DNA of 59,180 bases. Origin: a virus. Lineage: Duplodnaviria; Caudoviricetes. Of this stretch, positions 29,479 through 37,984 are shown one piece after another. A model generated the notes under the pieces. It was not told the DNA's origin and did not search any database. It worked only from the letters and a program-made list of their open reading frames with translations. The position numbers and the translations under genes are program-made. Each line of letters opens with the position of its first letter. Position 1 is the first letter of the stretch. The stretch lies in the IMG/VR virus record IMGVR_UViG_3300037159_000004, positions 1 through 59,180 of that record; one strand, 5' to 3'.

Positions 29479-30194
29479 TAGTTTGCCTGGTGCGGTGTCG
29501 TGAACTTGCCAACGATCCAGCCCGGGGTCGACCATGGGGCGCTGTCATCTTCGGCTAGGTGGGTGACGTCAACCTTGTCGCCGGGCTTGAACTGGTGAAC
29601 CAGCCCCGTGCATAGGTCCCCCATGAATATAGGACGATGAAAGAAGATCGGCTCACTCAAATCGGCGGGCGAGAAGAGATGGTGCGCGAACCGTGCGTTG
29701 CATACGTGCGTGTGATAGCTGCCGACCACGTTGCCGGGCTGATCATCGATATGGACGTGCTGGGCGGCGAAGCTGGTGTTTGGTGGCAGCGCTACGTAGC
29801 CGTTCGTGGTTTTGATGATCTCACCACCCCACTCGTACCAGTTGGCGGTCGGCTTCAGCGCGATTGCTTTAAGACCCTCGATGGCCGCCTCCTCGATGGT
29901 CGGGTAGCCAGGCTGCGTAGAGTGCGCCACATCGTCCGAGGATGGTGCTGGGGTAGGGTCCACCCCCTGGCACTGTACCAGCTCACCGTGCGGCGCGACG
30001 AAGACTGCGGTCGGACAGCCTGCATCGTTTCGCTTGAGGTTGTCTTGTGCCCAGTTCAGGTCCCCACCGTGCGCCCGTGCCTTGGTCTGCGCTAACTGGA
30101 CCTTGCCGATCATATAGAGCGCGGTCTCTCTGATGGATAGCCCGGCGAGGAGTAGCGCGGCGAGGAGCAGCGCGGGGAGAAAGAGTTTCTTCAA
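29478..30194 (-). CDS. Signal/TM-anchored DUF4329 (JAB-like) protein
   Basis: MKKLFLPALLLAALLL; TIEEAA..EWGGEI..GSYHTH..FSPADL. Confidence 0.7.
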   Translation of the reverse strand: MKKLFLPALLLAALLLAGLSIRETALYMIGKVQLAQTKARAHGGDLNWAQDNLKRNDAGCPTAVFVAPHGELVQCQGVDPTPAPSSDDVAHSTQPGYPTIEEAAIEGLKAIALKPTANWYEWGGEIIKTTNGYVALPPNTSFAAQHVHIDDQPGNVVGSYHTHVCNARFAHHLFSPADLSEPIFFHRPIFMGDLCTGLVHQFKPGDKVDVTHLAEDDSAPWSTPGWIVGKFTTPHQAN

Positions 30195-30227
30195 GGTGAT
30201 CTCCTGTGTTTGAAAACACTGTCGTTA

Positions 30228-30264
30228 CAGTTCCAGCAATAACCCGGATCCTGGATATTGTCAA
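30228..30264 (-). promoter_or_regulatory. Early promoter, copy 2
   Basis: TTGACA-17 nt-TATTGC-TGGAACTG, upstream of the DUF4329 and primase genes. Confidence 0.75.
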
Positions 30265-30367
30265 GATCCGCAGGCCGGCAACCTTCAATGGAGACCGTTC
30301 GGGGTATCTCCTCCAGTTGCCGGCCCACTTCCGGGTGCGGCTTGTACTTCGCCCACCCAGCTTGACT

Positions 30368-30625
30368 CTACCCTCCCTCGGCATCACCAGCAGTGCTTGC
30401 CGCAATCAGTGCGGCTTGAGCTTCATCGCCTGCCGGATACGTTTGATCTTGCCATTGCGCACCGTCTGCGGGTCTGCGGCAAACGGCGCTTAAGCGCTCC
30501 TCAAGGTATTCGATTCTATCGCAGCGATCATCCTCGGTAGTTTGATATGGAGGCTCAGGACGACTGCCATCGTACGTACCGTATGAATCCTTCATGGTTG
30601 TTCTCCTGTGGATGGTAATGCACAA
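30368..30625 (-). CDS. Hypothetical protein (start probably MKDSY)
   Basis: AGGAG RBS. Confidence 0.5.
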   Translation of the reverse strand: MCITIHRRTTMKDSYGTYDGSRPEPPYQTTEDDRCDRIEYLEERLSAVCRRPADGAQWQDQTYPAGDEAQAALIAASTAGDAEGG

Positions 30626-30631
30626 GGGTTT

Positions 30632-30973
30632 TTAGCCCGCCGCGGGCTTCGTTGCGGCATCAGAGGTGGAACATCCGGGCGTCATGCAGACCTTTGCGTA
30701 TTGGTGCAACGTCATGCGACCGCAGTCGGGGCACCACCCAGCATCCTCGCCAGCCTGTAACTCAGGCGAGCAATTGTGCGTCTTGATGTTCTCGGCGTAC
30801 CGCTCGGCTTGCGTCTCGTAGCCATACGGGTTGAACGCCCGCGACCAGCAACGCTCACAACTTGCCATGTTCCACTCCGGTGTCATTAGGTGAGCAGAGA
30901 CAACTGATTGCGTCGGGCCGCTGCTTTCGCGCGACGCTGCTCGGCGGTGCGCTCCTTGTGGCAGCGCGTACAC
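30632..30973 (-). CDS. Small Cys-rich (Zn-finger-like) protein; start probably MASCERC
   Basis: CERC, CPDC, C..GC. Confidence 0.5.
   Translation of the reverse strand: MYALPQGAHRRAASRESSGPTQSVVSAHLMTPEWNMASCERCWSRAFNPYGYETQAERYAENIKTHNCSPELQAGEDAGWCPDCGRMTLHQYAKVCMTPGCSTSDAATKPAAG
30636..30664. repeat. 29-bp direct repeat, copy 1
   Basis: CCCGCCGCGGGCTTCGTTGCGGCATCAGA, identical at 31436-31464. Confidence 0.9.
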
Positions 30974-31389
30974 AGAAGCCGCAGATTGGCCGGATCATCG
31001 GTGCCGCCGTCCTCGACCGCCACAATGTGGTCAACGTCCCAGCCGCGCGTAAGGACGGTCTGGGGGATGCGCGACGGATAGCGAGGATCGGCCTTGATCT
31101 CGTGGTCGCGGTGGTAGCGCTGATGGCCGCACATCTGACAAACCTTGTCCCGCTTGATGATCTTGTCGCGAATGTGGTTCCAGTCGCCGCGCTCGCGCCA
31201 CTCATCGACGCACTTCTTGCTGCACCAACTTTTGCGACCCTTGGGCACCGGTTGATCGCACCAGCGGCATAGCGCACGGCCCTCCGCGTCCTTTCGGTAT
31301 CCGGGGAGCGATATGTTGCCGCGTTGTCCATAGGGTCGATCCATGTTCTCAATCGGTTTTCGGTTCGTATCGCATCTTAATTTCCGCAA
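30886..31389 (-). CDS. HNH endonuclease
   Basis: CRWC..CSKKC, RD.VCQMC, VDHIVAVEDGG.DD..NLRLLCTRCH. Confidence 0.85.
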   Translation of the reverse strand: MRKLRCDTNRKPIENMDRPYGQRGNISLPGYRKDAEGRALCRWCDQPVPKGRKSWCSKKCVDEWRERGDWNHIRDKIIKRDKVCQMCGHQRYHRDHEIKADPRYPSRIPQTVLTRGWDVDHIVAVEDGGTDDPANLRLLCTRCHKERTAEQRRAKAAARRNQLSLLT

Positions 31390-31401
31390 GGCGTGCTGGC
31401 G

Positions 31402-31707
31402 TCACTTCGCTTCTCCATCGTCATGTGAGCCCGTACCCGCCGCGGGCTTCGTTGCGGCATCAGACTGAAAGTCAAAATGGGTCGCGCTGCGCTTCTCCTC
31501 CCAAGGGTCGGCCTCGGCAAGTTCGGCATCGACACGCTCTTTCATCATTCCCATGAAGTCCTTGATGGTATCGTCCCCGGTCGAGAATCCGCTCGTGGCT
31601 TCGTAGCCGTCGCTCTGGCGGAAAATGCTGTAGTAGACCAGCACGTCCCCGCCCATTGACCGCTCGCGATGCACGTCAATGTCGTAGCCACGGTAGGACG
31701 CTTTCAT
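31402..31707 (-). CDS. Hypothetical protein
   Basis: Coupled ORF. Confidence 0.6.
   Translation of the reverse strand: MKASYRGYDIDVHRERSMGGDVLVYYSIFRQSDGYEATSGFSTGDDTIKDFMGMMKERVDAELAEADPWEEKRSATHFDFQSDAATKPAAGTGSHDDGEAK
31436..31464. repeat. 29-bp direct repeat, copy 2
   Basis: Identical to 30636-30664. Confidence 0.9.
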
Positions 31708-31898
31708 TTACCCATTTCTCCGCTGGACGTAGAACACTCGACCAGATCCCGGTTGACGTGCGAGCACGACAAGACCGCGGCGGCGTGCCGCATGACGAAC
31801 TTGATCTCGTGCTCCTGGCACATCTTCGAGACCTCCTCGCGCTCGCGCACGTGGATGTACTCACACCCGCACGCGAGCCTGACCTTGTTGGTGCTCAT
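31704..31898 (-). CDS. Small Cys/His-containing hypothetical protein
   Basis: ATGA-coupled on both sides. Confidence 0.55.
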   Translation of the reverse strand: MSTNKVRLACGCEYIHVREREEVSKMCQEHEIKFVMRHAAAVLSCSHVNRDLVECSTSSGEMGK

Positions 31899-32233
31899 CG
31901 CTTGAAGCTCTCGGGCCAGCGAGCCATCGCGTACTCCAGCGAGTACGGGCTGAACTTATCCCATGGCCGCGACGGTGCTTCAGGTGCGCCATATTCGACT
32001 TCATCCAGTACGTCGACCGACTCATACGGAATAGGGCGTGGGCGGGTCACGATTTTGTCGACCCGCAGGAACGACATCAGCTCGGCCCGGCCGTTCAGCT
32101 GCGGGATACCGTGCTCCGGCGCCGCCTTCGCCTGCGCGATGGCTTCGTCAATGCTGCCGCTGAACACTACGCCCATGTAGGCGACGTTCGCGCTGGTCCC
32201 TCTCACATCTCCACCGTTCTCTGCGTACTTCAT
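31895..32233 (-). CDS. Hypothetical protein
   Basis: GAAACTAGGAG RBS. Confidence 0.6.
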   Translation of the reverse strand: MKYAENGGDVRGTSANVAYMGVVFSGSIDEAIAQAKAAPEHGIPQLNGRAELMSFLRVDKIVTRPRPIPYESVDVLDEVEYGAPEAPSRPWDKFSPYSLEYAMARWPESFKR

Positions 32234-32411
32234 GATCAGCTCCTAGTTTCTGGATCCGAGTCTGGATCCTTGTGTGGGTATTGTACACCGAACCGCTGCA
32301 GTTGCAAGTCAGTGAAGATCACGTTCCGGATCCGCTGCTGGGCCGCGTACTGCGCCCACTCGGGCAGCTCACTCAGCGCGTCGACGTAGTCGTCCCAGCT
32401 CCTGATCTGGC

Positions 32412-33116
32412 TCACGGGTCGAGCCCCTTGCCGCTGTCGCCCTGCTCCGGGAGATCGCAGTGGTAGCGCACGCGCGTGAGGTGATTACGGGCGTTGATGA
32501 GGCGATTAGCCTGCATCGCGATGAACTCTTCGTTCACCTTGGCGGTGGCCCGCAGATTCTGCAGCTCGCTCTCGTGCTTGGCGAGCGCGGCCTGGCCCAC
32601 GTAGTTGTCGAGCGGACCCTTCATCTCGTCCAGCTCAGTCAGAGCGCGTGCGGCTGTGAGGCGCATCTTGATCTCGGCGGCCTCCGCGTTCACACACCGC
32701 TCCATCAGCTTCTTGGTGCGGATGTTCGTAGCCCACTCACTGAACGTCATCTTCGGTAGATTCTGAAAGTTGCCTGGGCCGCCGGACATGCGGTACCGCG
32801 GCGGGCAGCTCACCCATACCTTGCTGTGCTCGCGCCGGCCGTACTCCACCTCGATGGAGTCCCACGACATCGCTGGTGGGATAGCAGACTGAGGGAAGAT
32901 CGACTCGCTCACCAGGTCGCCGCGGACCATCTTGCGCGGCGGTTGCTTGAGCGGCTCGACATAGAGCCCCTTCGCGGCCTGATTGTCGTACGCTTGCTGC
33001 ATGCTCGCACCGAACTCGGTCGTGCGGCAGGTGTTGCAGCGCTGGTCGGTGTTGTTGCCGCTGAACCATTGGAATGGCTGCTTGCATCTCGAACAAGGAA
33101 CTGTGTAGAGACCCAT
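32412..33116 (-). CDS. Hypothetical protein with N-terminal Zn ribbon and coiled coil
   Basis: CSRC...CNTC. Confidence 0.6.
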   Translation of the reverse strand: MGLYTVPCSRCKQPFQWFSGNNTDQRCNTCRTTEFGASMQQAYDNQAAKGLYVEPLKQPPRKMVRGDLVSESIFPQSAIPPAMSWDSIEVEYGRREHSKVWVSCPPRYRMSGGPGNFQNLPKMTFSEWATNIRTKKLMERCVNAEAAEIKMRLTAARALTELDEMKGPLDNYVGQAALAKHESELQNLRATAKVNEEFIAMQANRLINARNHLTRVRYHCDLPEQGDSGKGLDP

Positions 33117-33117
33117 G

Positions 33118-33597
33118 TTATATAAACCTCGCGTCTTTGATGTTTCGTGGAAGTTCTAGCTTGAAGTGTATCGAGCCCGGGGTGCCGCCGCGCCTGCGCA
33201 TCGTGCTCTCCAGCACAGAGCGCGCAAAGTCGTCCTGGTGCTGCAGCGTCGCGGGATCGTCGGTGTAGATCTCCGACTCGACGCTGTGCTGCTCCTGCTC
33301 GCCAGTGTCTTTGATTGTCCAGGTCGCATCGTAGCGCACCAGCTCGTGCGGGTCGATGTACGCGCCGTTCTCGCCGACGGAGGTGACCACGAACTGCTTG
33401 CAGCGACGTATCACGAGCGGGTCGTGTACTCTCTCGAACGTGAGCACGTCCCCCACGTTGAGCCCTGGCTCAGCGCCTAGCGTCCAGCCGGCGCGCGGCG
33501 GTAGGAAGAACCTGCGCGCAACGTCCGGCACGATGATGCCGGCCGCCGTGACAGCTGCAGCTGCGCCTAGCAGCTTGAATAGATCACGACGGTTCAT
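33118..33597 (-). CDS. Protein with a twin-arginine (Tat)-like signal peptide
   Basis: MNRRDLFKLLGAAAAVTAAG. Confidence 0.65.
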   Translation of the reverse strand: MNRRDLFKLLGAAAAVTAAGIIVPDVARRFFLPPRAGWTLGAEPGLNVGDVLTFERVHDPLVIRRCKQFVVTSVGENGAYIDPHELVRYDATWTIKDTGEQEQHSVESEIYTDDPATLQHQDDFARSVLESTMRRRGGTPGSIHFKLELPRNIKDARFI

Positions 33598-33908
33598 TGC
33601 GCTTATCTCCGAGCCTGCGGCTCACCTTGGCTAGCTCAGCCTTGCAGCTCACCAGCTGCGCCTCAAGCAACGCCGACCGTGCGCGCTCGCGTACCGCCTG
33701 GCTTATTTGTTGTTTGAAGGTAGCGATTCGCTTGTTGCGCTCACCCAGCTCGATGGTCAGCTGCCGGCACATCTCTTTCCAGTCGACCAGCTCGTCGCTC
33801 ATAGGAGGCCGTCGATGTAGCCGTCGCGCCACTTTTGGGGCCAGTGCATGAACGGGCGCGCGTACCGGTTCCGGTCGTAGCGGCCAAGCCAATAGAATAT
33901 CCAGTAGC

Positions 33909-34382
33909 TCATTTGACACCCCTCGGGGTGTAGGTGATGATTGTCCCGGACCGGACCACCCCGATGAATGACCTGACACGCATGCTGTTCGCTGTCTGGC
34001 GGTCCATCTCTGAGACCAGCCCCGACTCATCGTTCGTCAGGCTCCTCGGGTGCGTGTGGTAGAGCGCGACCAGCGTCGCGTTCCCCGGTATCCGTAGCGT
34101 GAAGGTCCGGATCTCCCGGTCGCTCCCTGAGCTGACCGGGGCCGTGTAGAAGTAGGCGCCAGCGCGCAGGTAGATCCCGCCACCGTACTCGAACACGATT
34201 GAGCGGTCCTCGCTGTCACGGATCGCGGCCTGGGCGGCCTGGGCGGCGTTACTGTAACCCTCCGGCGCCTCATCGGCGCGGGCGGGCTCGAAGAGTGCGA
34301 GCATCAGCCACACGAACAGCGCCCACATGATCAGGCTGACCGGTAGCGCGAACTTGAGGCCCTCGAAGAATTTGTTGCTCAT
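33909..34382 (-). CDS. Second signal/TM-anchored DUF4329 (JAB-like) protein
   Basis: Hydrophobic N-terminus ending in ARA; AA.AA..EYGGGIY..ALYHTHP..SEMD. Confidence 0.7.
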   Translation of the reverse strand: MSNKFFEGLKFALPVSLIMWALFVWLMLALFEPARADEAPEGYSNAAQAAQAAIRDSEDRSIVFEYGGGIYLRAGAYFYTAPVSSGSDREIRTFTLRIPGNATLVALYHTHPRSLTNDESGLVSEMDRQTANSMRVRSFIGVVRSGTIITYTPRGVK

Positions 34383-34668
34383 GTCAGTCTCCAGTATCAG
34401 GTTTAAGATCGTAGGCGTCTGCGCTGTTGGTCGGGTGACTCGAACATACTGCCCTTGTGCACCACGTCGTCGCAGGCGGCGCGTGCATCCTCCCACGCCT
34501 CGGCTGTCGCCTGCGCGGTCTGTACCGATACGGGGCGTGACACGATCCGGCCTGCCATCGGGTCGGCGGGCTTGCGGCGCATTAGCGCCCTGAGGGCGAG
34601 GATGGCGAGGGCGGCGAGGATGAGGGTGTGCATCTGGGTGTGTCCGTGTGGCTGTCTGTGGCTGAACT

Positions 34669-34977
34669 CTACAGCATCCTCGGCTGCATCGCGTTGCGGT
34701 AAGCTACAATATGATCGGACAATTTGCGGGTACGCGCGCTGTCGTAGGCTAACAAATCCCCGTTCGGTGCTGCGCGCCATACTTGGACTAGTTCCTTAGT
34801 TAGGGCGGCGTGCTTGACGCCAGCGGCGTACATTTTGCGCGCCTGGCTAGCCAGCCAACGGCCGCCGATATCGCCTGAGCGGTCTGTGATTGCGTAGAGG
34901 CTGTCTTTCATCTCAATCTCCCGATCAGTTGTTGGTGAGTGCAAGGCTATTATCGGATTTAATTTAGGGGGCTGCAA
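34669..34977 (-). CDS. Hypothetical protein (start probably MKDSLY)
   Basis: GGGAG RBS downstream of a promoter. Confidence 0.5.
   Translation of the reverse strand: MQPPKLNPIIALHSPTTDREIEMKDSLYAITDRSGDIGGRWLASQARKMYAAGVKHAALTKELVQVWRAAPNGDLLAYDSARTRKLSDHIVAYRNAMQPRML
34949..34977 (-). promoter_or_regulatory. Sigma70-like promoter
   Basis: TTGCAG-17 nt-GATAAT in an AT-rich tract. Confidence 0.6.
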
Positions 34978-35063
34978 TAGTGTAACGAGACTTGCGTCAC
35001 AGATCGTTGAAATATTCCCAACCGATCACTTCGCCTAGACAACGTTACAAATGACAGCGTAGA

Positions 35064-35753
35064 TCATGACAATAGCTCCTTGAACTTAGCGTCTACTGCT
35101 GCCTGCAGCCGATCACGGCTTGATTGTTCGTGTTTCGATCTAGCGTCGGCGGCGTGGGCGACGACGGCGTCGGCGGCGGCGGCGTCGGCGGCGGCGGCAG
35201 CGGCGGAGGCGGCGGCGGCGTGGGCGGCGTCGGAGGCGGCGGCGGCGGCGGCGGCGTCGGCGGCGGAGGCGGCGTAGGCGGCGTCGGCGGCGGCGTCGGC
35301 GTAGGCGTAGGCGGCGGCGTAGGTGGCGGCGTCGACGGCGACGGCGCGGGCGCCGTCGTAGGCGTAGGCGGCGGCCCTAGCCTTTACCCTAATCGACTCA
35401 TCCCCTGTTTCCAGATATCGCTTGACGACATCTGGCGCTTTCCATAGGTGAATCACCGACAGCGCCGAGGCTCGAGCATCTGCTCGCAGCAAGTCAGTTG
35501 CATCGAATCGCGCGACAATGCGGCGCTTAGTCGCACAGAGTTTGTCCGATTGTTCGACGATATCACCATCGATATCGACCAAGCAGAGCGTAGCGCCTGG
35601 CGCGAAGCGAACCGCATCCGCTACATGCTTGGACGCATGGTAGCCTTGGACACAGCAAATCGGCTCGCCCTTGAAGATCAGCCATTCGCCGTCCGTGGGG
35701 ATCGGTGACCCATCACGTAAGGTGGATGAGACAAAGTGATATGCGCGGATCAT
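35064..35753 (-). CDS. Phage protein with a poly-Ala low-complexity tract
   Basis: C..GYHAS N-terminal domain followed by an A(Y/D/S)A-rich tract built from GCC-type codons. Confidence 0.75.
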   Translation of the reverse strand: MIRAYHFVSSTLRDGSPIPTDGEWLIFKGEPICCVQGYHASKHVADAVRFAPGATLCLVDIDGDIVEQSDKLCATKRRIVARFDATDLLRADARASALSVIHLWKAPDVVKRYLETGDESIRVKARAAAYAYDGARAVAVDAATYAAAYAYADAAADAAYAASAADAAAAAAASDAAHAAAASAAAAAADAAAADAVVAHAADARSKHEQSSRDRLQAAVDAKFKELLS

Positions 35754-36091
35754 GACGCGTACAACCAGCTCGTGCTATAGGCGGCCACATCAAAGGCCGC
35801 GCCCGGCTTGAAGTACGGGTGCTGCTCACCCACCACCGCATCGACCGTGGCGCGCACACCCTTGGCCGGCGCCTTGAAGCCTGCGGCCTTGTAGATGTTG
35901 CCCTCGGCGTCGACGAACGCGTAGACGCTGCCCGTCATCTCACCGTAGCCGCTGAGGAGGATGACCTTGGCATACTTCGGGCCCTGACGCAGTACGAAGT
36001 TCACGCGGTTCGGGCCGAACTGACGCTCGTTGTAGCCGGTCCGCGCGATGCGAGCGTTCAGGTAATCGACTAACTCTTGCGCCTTGCTCAT
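35750..36091 (-). CDS. Conserved phage hypothetical protein
   Basis: GPKYAKV..SVYAFVD..GNIYKAA.FKAPAKGVR, a recurrent early-phage pattern. Confidence 0.7.
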   Translation of the reverse strand: MSKAQELVDYLNARIARTGYNERQFGPNRVNFVLRQGPKYAKVILLSGYGEMTGSVYAFVDAEGNIYKAAGFKAPAKGVRATVDAVVGEQHPYFKPGAAFDVAAYSTSWLYAS

Positions 36092-36112
36092 ACCTTCATC
36101 TCCTTGGGCCTT

Positions 36113-36149
36113 CAGTTCCAGCAATAACTCGGTTCAGGTCTGGCGTCAA
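36113..36149 (-). promoter_or_regulatory. Early promoter, copy 3
   Basis: TTGACG-17 nt-TATTGC-TGGAACTG. Confidence 0.7.
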
Positions 36150-36175
36150 CAGTATACCGAGCCAGCGGCCCGTGA

Positions 36176-36191
36176 TGTGATGCGCGTCACA
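36176..36191. promoter_or_regulatory. CRP/Clp-like palindrome
   Basis: TGTGA-TGCGCG-TCACA, a perfect core. Confidence 0.45.
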
Positions 36192-36369
36192 GTTCTTGGT
36201 TGCGGTCTCTGCGTCCAGCGGCCGCACGCCGCGCCTTGGCGCGCCGCGCCCGATACCACAGCCGATGCTGCTCGGTCACGTACGCGCCTTGATCGAGCGG
36301 GCTTGCGACCGCCGCCTCAGTCTGCCAGCTGGCTACTAGCCGGCGCCCTGGATGTCTCTGTGTGCTCAT
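36187..36369 (-). CDS. First early gene, small basic hypothetical protein
   Basis: Directly downstream of promoter copy 4. Confidence 0.45.
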   Translation of the reverse strand: MSTQRHPGRRLVASWQTEAAVASPLDQGAYVTEQHRLWYRARRAKARRAAAGRRDRNQEL

Positions 36370-36394
36370 CTCTCGCCCCTGTTAGTTGGGTGTA

Positions 36395-36431
36395 CAGTTC
36401 CAGCAATAACACACCCACCAGCCCGTGGCCA
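36395..36431 (-). promoter_or_regulatory. Early promoter, copy 4
   Basis: TGGCCA-17 nt-TATTGC-TGGAACTG. Confidence 0.55.
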
Positions 36432-36671
36432 GCCTCTAGCGGTCGCGTGGTGATGGAGCCGATAGAGGTGATGTTTTCCTTATGGACCTCTCAGCTGTCA
36501 CACACCTCTATCTGATATATCTGCCATCTGTCTCGCGTTGGAGGAAACAATCACCATCATCACATCACATGATCGGCGCCCCCGTAGGGCCCGGCGGGTG
36601 CGCGGAGTGGTGATGGCTGGCAGCGCGTGCACCCTGCCGCACGCCTCGCTCCGTGCGCGAGCCCCCCACGG

Positions 36672-36722
36672 CCTAGCCGCTGCTCCCCCATCCTAGCCGC
36701 TGCTCCCCCATCCTAGCCGCTG
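36672..36722. repeat. 20-bp tandem repeat, 2.5 copies
   Basis: CCTAGCCGCTGCTCCCCCAT. Confidence 0.9.
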
Positions 36723-37022
36723 GGGCTACCCACTCGGACCACGGGAGTGCCCTAGCTCGCGACCGTGCTGCACTGCGGTCAGAGATCAGGTGATTCAATT
36801 CATGCTCACCGTCGTTTACATGAGCTGGATTCATGATGCACAGCAGCATCGACCACGATACGGTCCTATCGTGGTCCAGCCGAGCGCCTGGTCGCTGGCT
36901 GCTGGATATGTCCATTGACATAACGCTGCGTGGGCCAGGTCGGGCGGCGGCACGCTGGCATAGAACCTCAAAACCCCCACGCGATCCCACTGTAACGGTA
37001 ACCCCCGCATCGTCGCGGCGAG

Positions 37023-37154
37023 GGTCGAAACTGTTTAGGGTACCCCAGCGGCCAGGAAGTATCACCATCATCACCACCCCAGCGGTAGCTCGCCAGATAC
37101 GGGCGGCCGGTCGCAAACTGTTTAGGTCGGCCGGGAAGTATCACCACCATCACC
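37023..37154. repeat. Imperfect ~50-bp direct repeat pair
   Basis: AAACTGTTTAGG...CGGCC(A/G)GGAAGTATCACCA(T/C)CATCACC twice. Confidence 0.85.
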
Positions 37155-37223
37155 TCATCCCGACTTCTCGTTTTTTGCACTAACAGGGGCGGAGGGGACT
37201 TCAACTTCACCCCGGTGAGAACC

Positions 37224-37433
37224 ATGACAGAGCAGGCGGCTACGATGTATACCCGAGAGAACCTGACGGTGCTCTTCAAGTGCAGCCACGGCGAGCTGGG
37301 GCGACTCCTCGCGCGCAAGATGGCGCCGCTCCCTGTCCGGATCGACGGCCAGATCCTCTGGTACATCGACGAGGTGCAGAACGCGACCGCGACCGTGCAG
37401 CGCACCCTCGAACGATGGAAGACCCGCCGATGA
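37224..37433 (+). CDS. AlpA/excisionase-like HTH regulator
   Basis: L..LF..S...L.R......P.PVRIDG..LW..DEV. Confidence 0.7.
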   Translation: MTEQAATMYTRENLTVLFKCSHGELGRLLARKMAPLPVRIDGQILWYIDEVQNATATVQRTLERWKTRR

Positions 37434-37637
37434 ACCGCAAGCGCTGGCGTAGATACTCCAGACGCCGCCGGCTACTCGCGCGGCTGCTGGCGCTCCTGTG
37501 AACGGGCGCGTGAAGCTGCAGGTGCAGAACGAGCGAGGGCGCTGGCGCACCGCCTACTGCCTCGTCACGATGCTGCACGAGAACCTAATTCACCTCAAGG
37601 CCTTCGGCTTTAAGGTACGCGTCGGCGGGAGATCGCA

Positions 37638-37919
37638 ATGGGAATGAAGCCACGCGAGCCGTTCCATATCTGCGTCTACAACGTCGGGCTCGACGGGTGC
37701 CCGCTCTGCATCGCGGAGCGCGAGGCGGGGCCGGCGTTCCAGAAATATTGGCGCTGCGCTCACTACCCGAGCGCGATGACGAATTTTTTCTCCACCCGCC
37801 AGACGTGCGAGTGGGACTGTCACACGACGGAGCTGCAGTGGCACCACAGCGGATTCAATCCGATGCCGAAGAGTTGGGGCACCCCCGCGCAGGTCGCTGA
37901 CAAAATTTTTGGCGTGTAG
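37638..37919 (+). CDS. Hypothetical Cys/His-rich protein
   Basis: GGAG RBS; its stop overlaps the tRNA 5' end. Confidence 0.5.
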   Translation: MGMKPREPFHICVYNVGLDGCPLCIAEREAGPAFQKYWRCAHYPSAMTNFFSTRQTCEWDCHTTELQWHHSGFNPMPKSWGTPAQVADKIFGV

Positions 37920-37984
37920 CTCAGCGGCAGAGCAGCGTGCTGTTAACGCGTTGGTCGTTGGTTCGAATCCAACCTCGCCAGCCA
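37910..37984 (+). tRNA. tRNA-Asn (GTT)
   Basis: Cloverleaf: TAGCTCAG D arm, CT-GTT-AA loop, GTTGG-TTCGAAT-CCAAC T arm, G discriminator and encoded CCA; one T-T mismatch in the acceptor stem. Confidence 0.92.

Noticed and set aside
17590-32250. Repeated GAAACTAGGAG (near 17596, 22833, 32240) as a regulatory repeat
   Set aside because: Adequately explained as extended Shine-Dalgarno sequences directly before start codons.
32745-32800. RMSGGPGNFQNLPK resembles the PolA PNLQN motif
   Set aside because: Short isolated match with no other polymerase motifs; likely chance or a tiny relic.
36672-37154. CRISPR or mini-array
   Set aside because: Repeats are tandem without spacers or have only two imperfect copies. 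The Cas4-like gene is the usual DUF2800 replication exonuclease.
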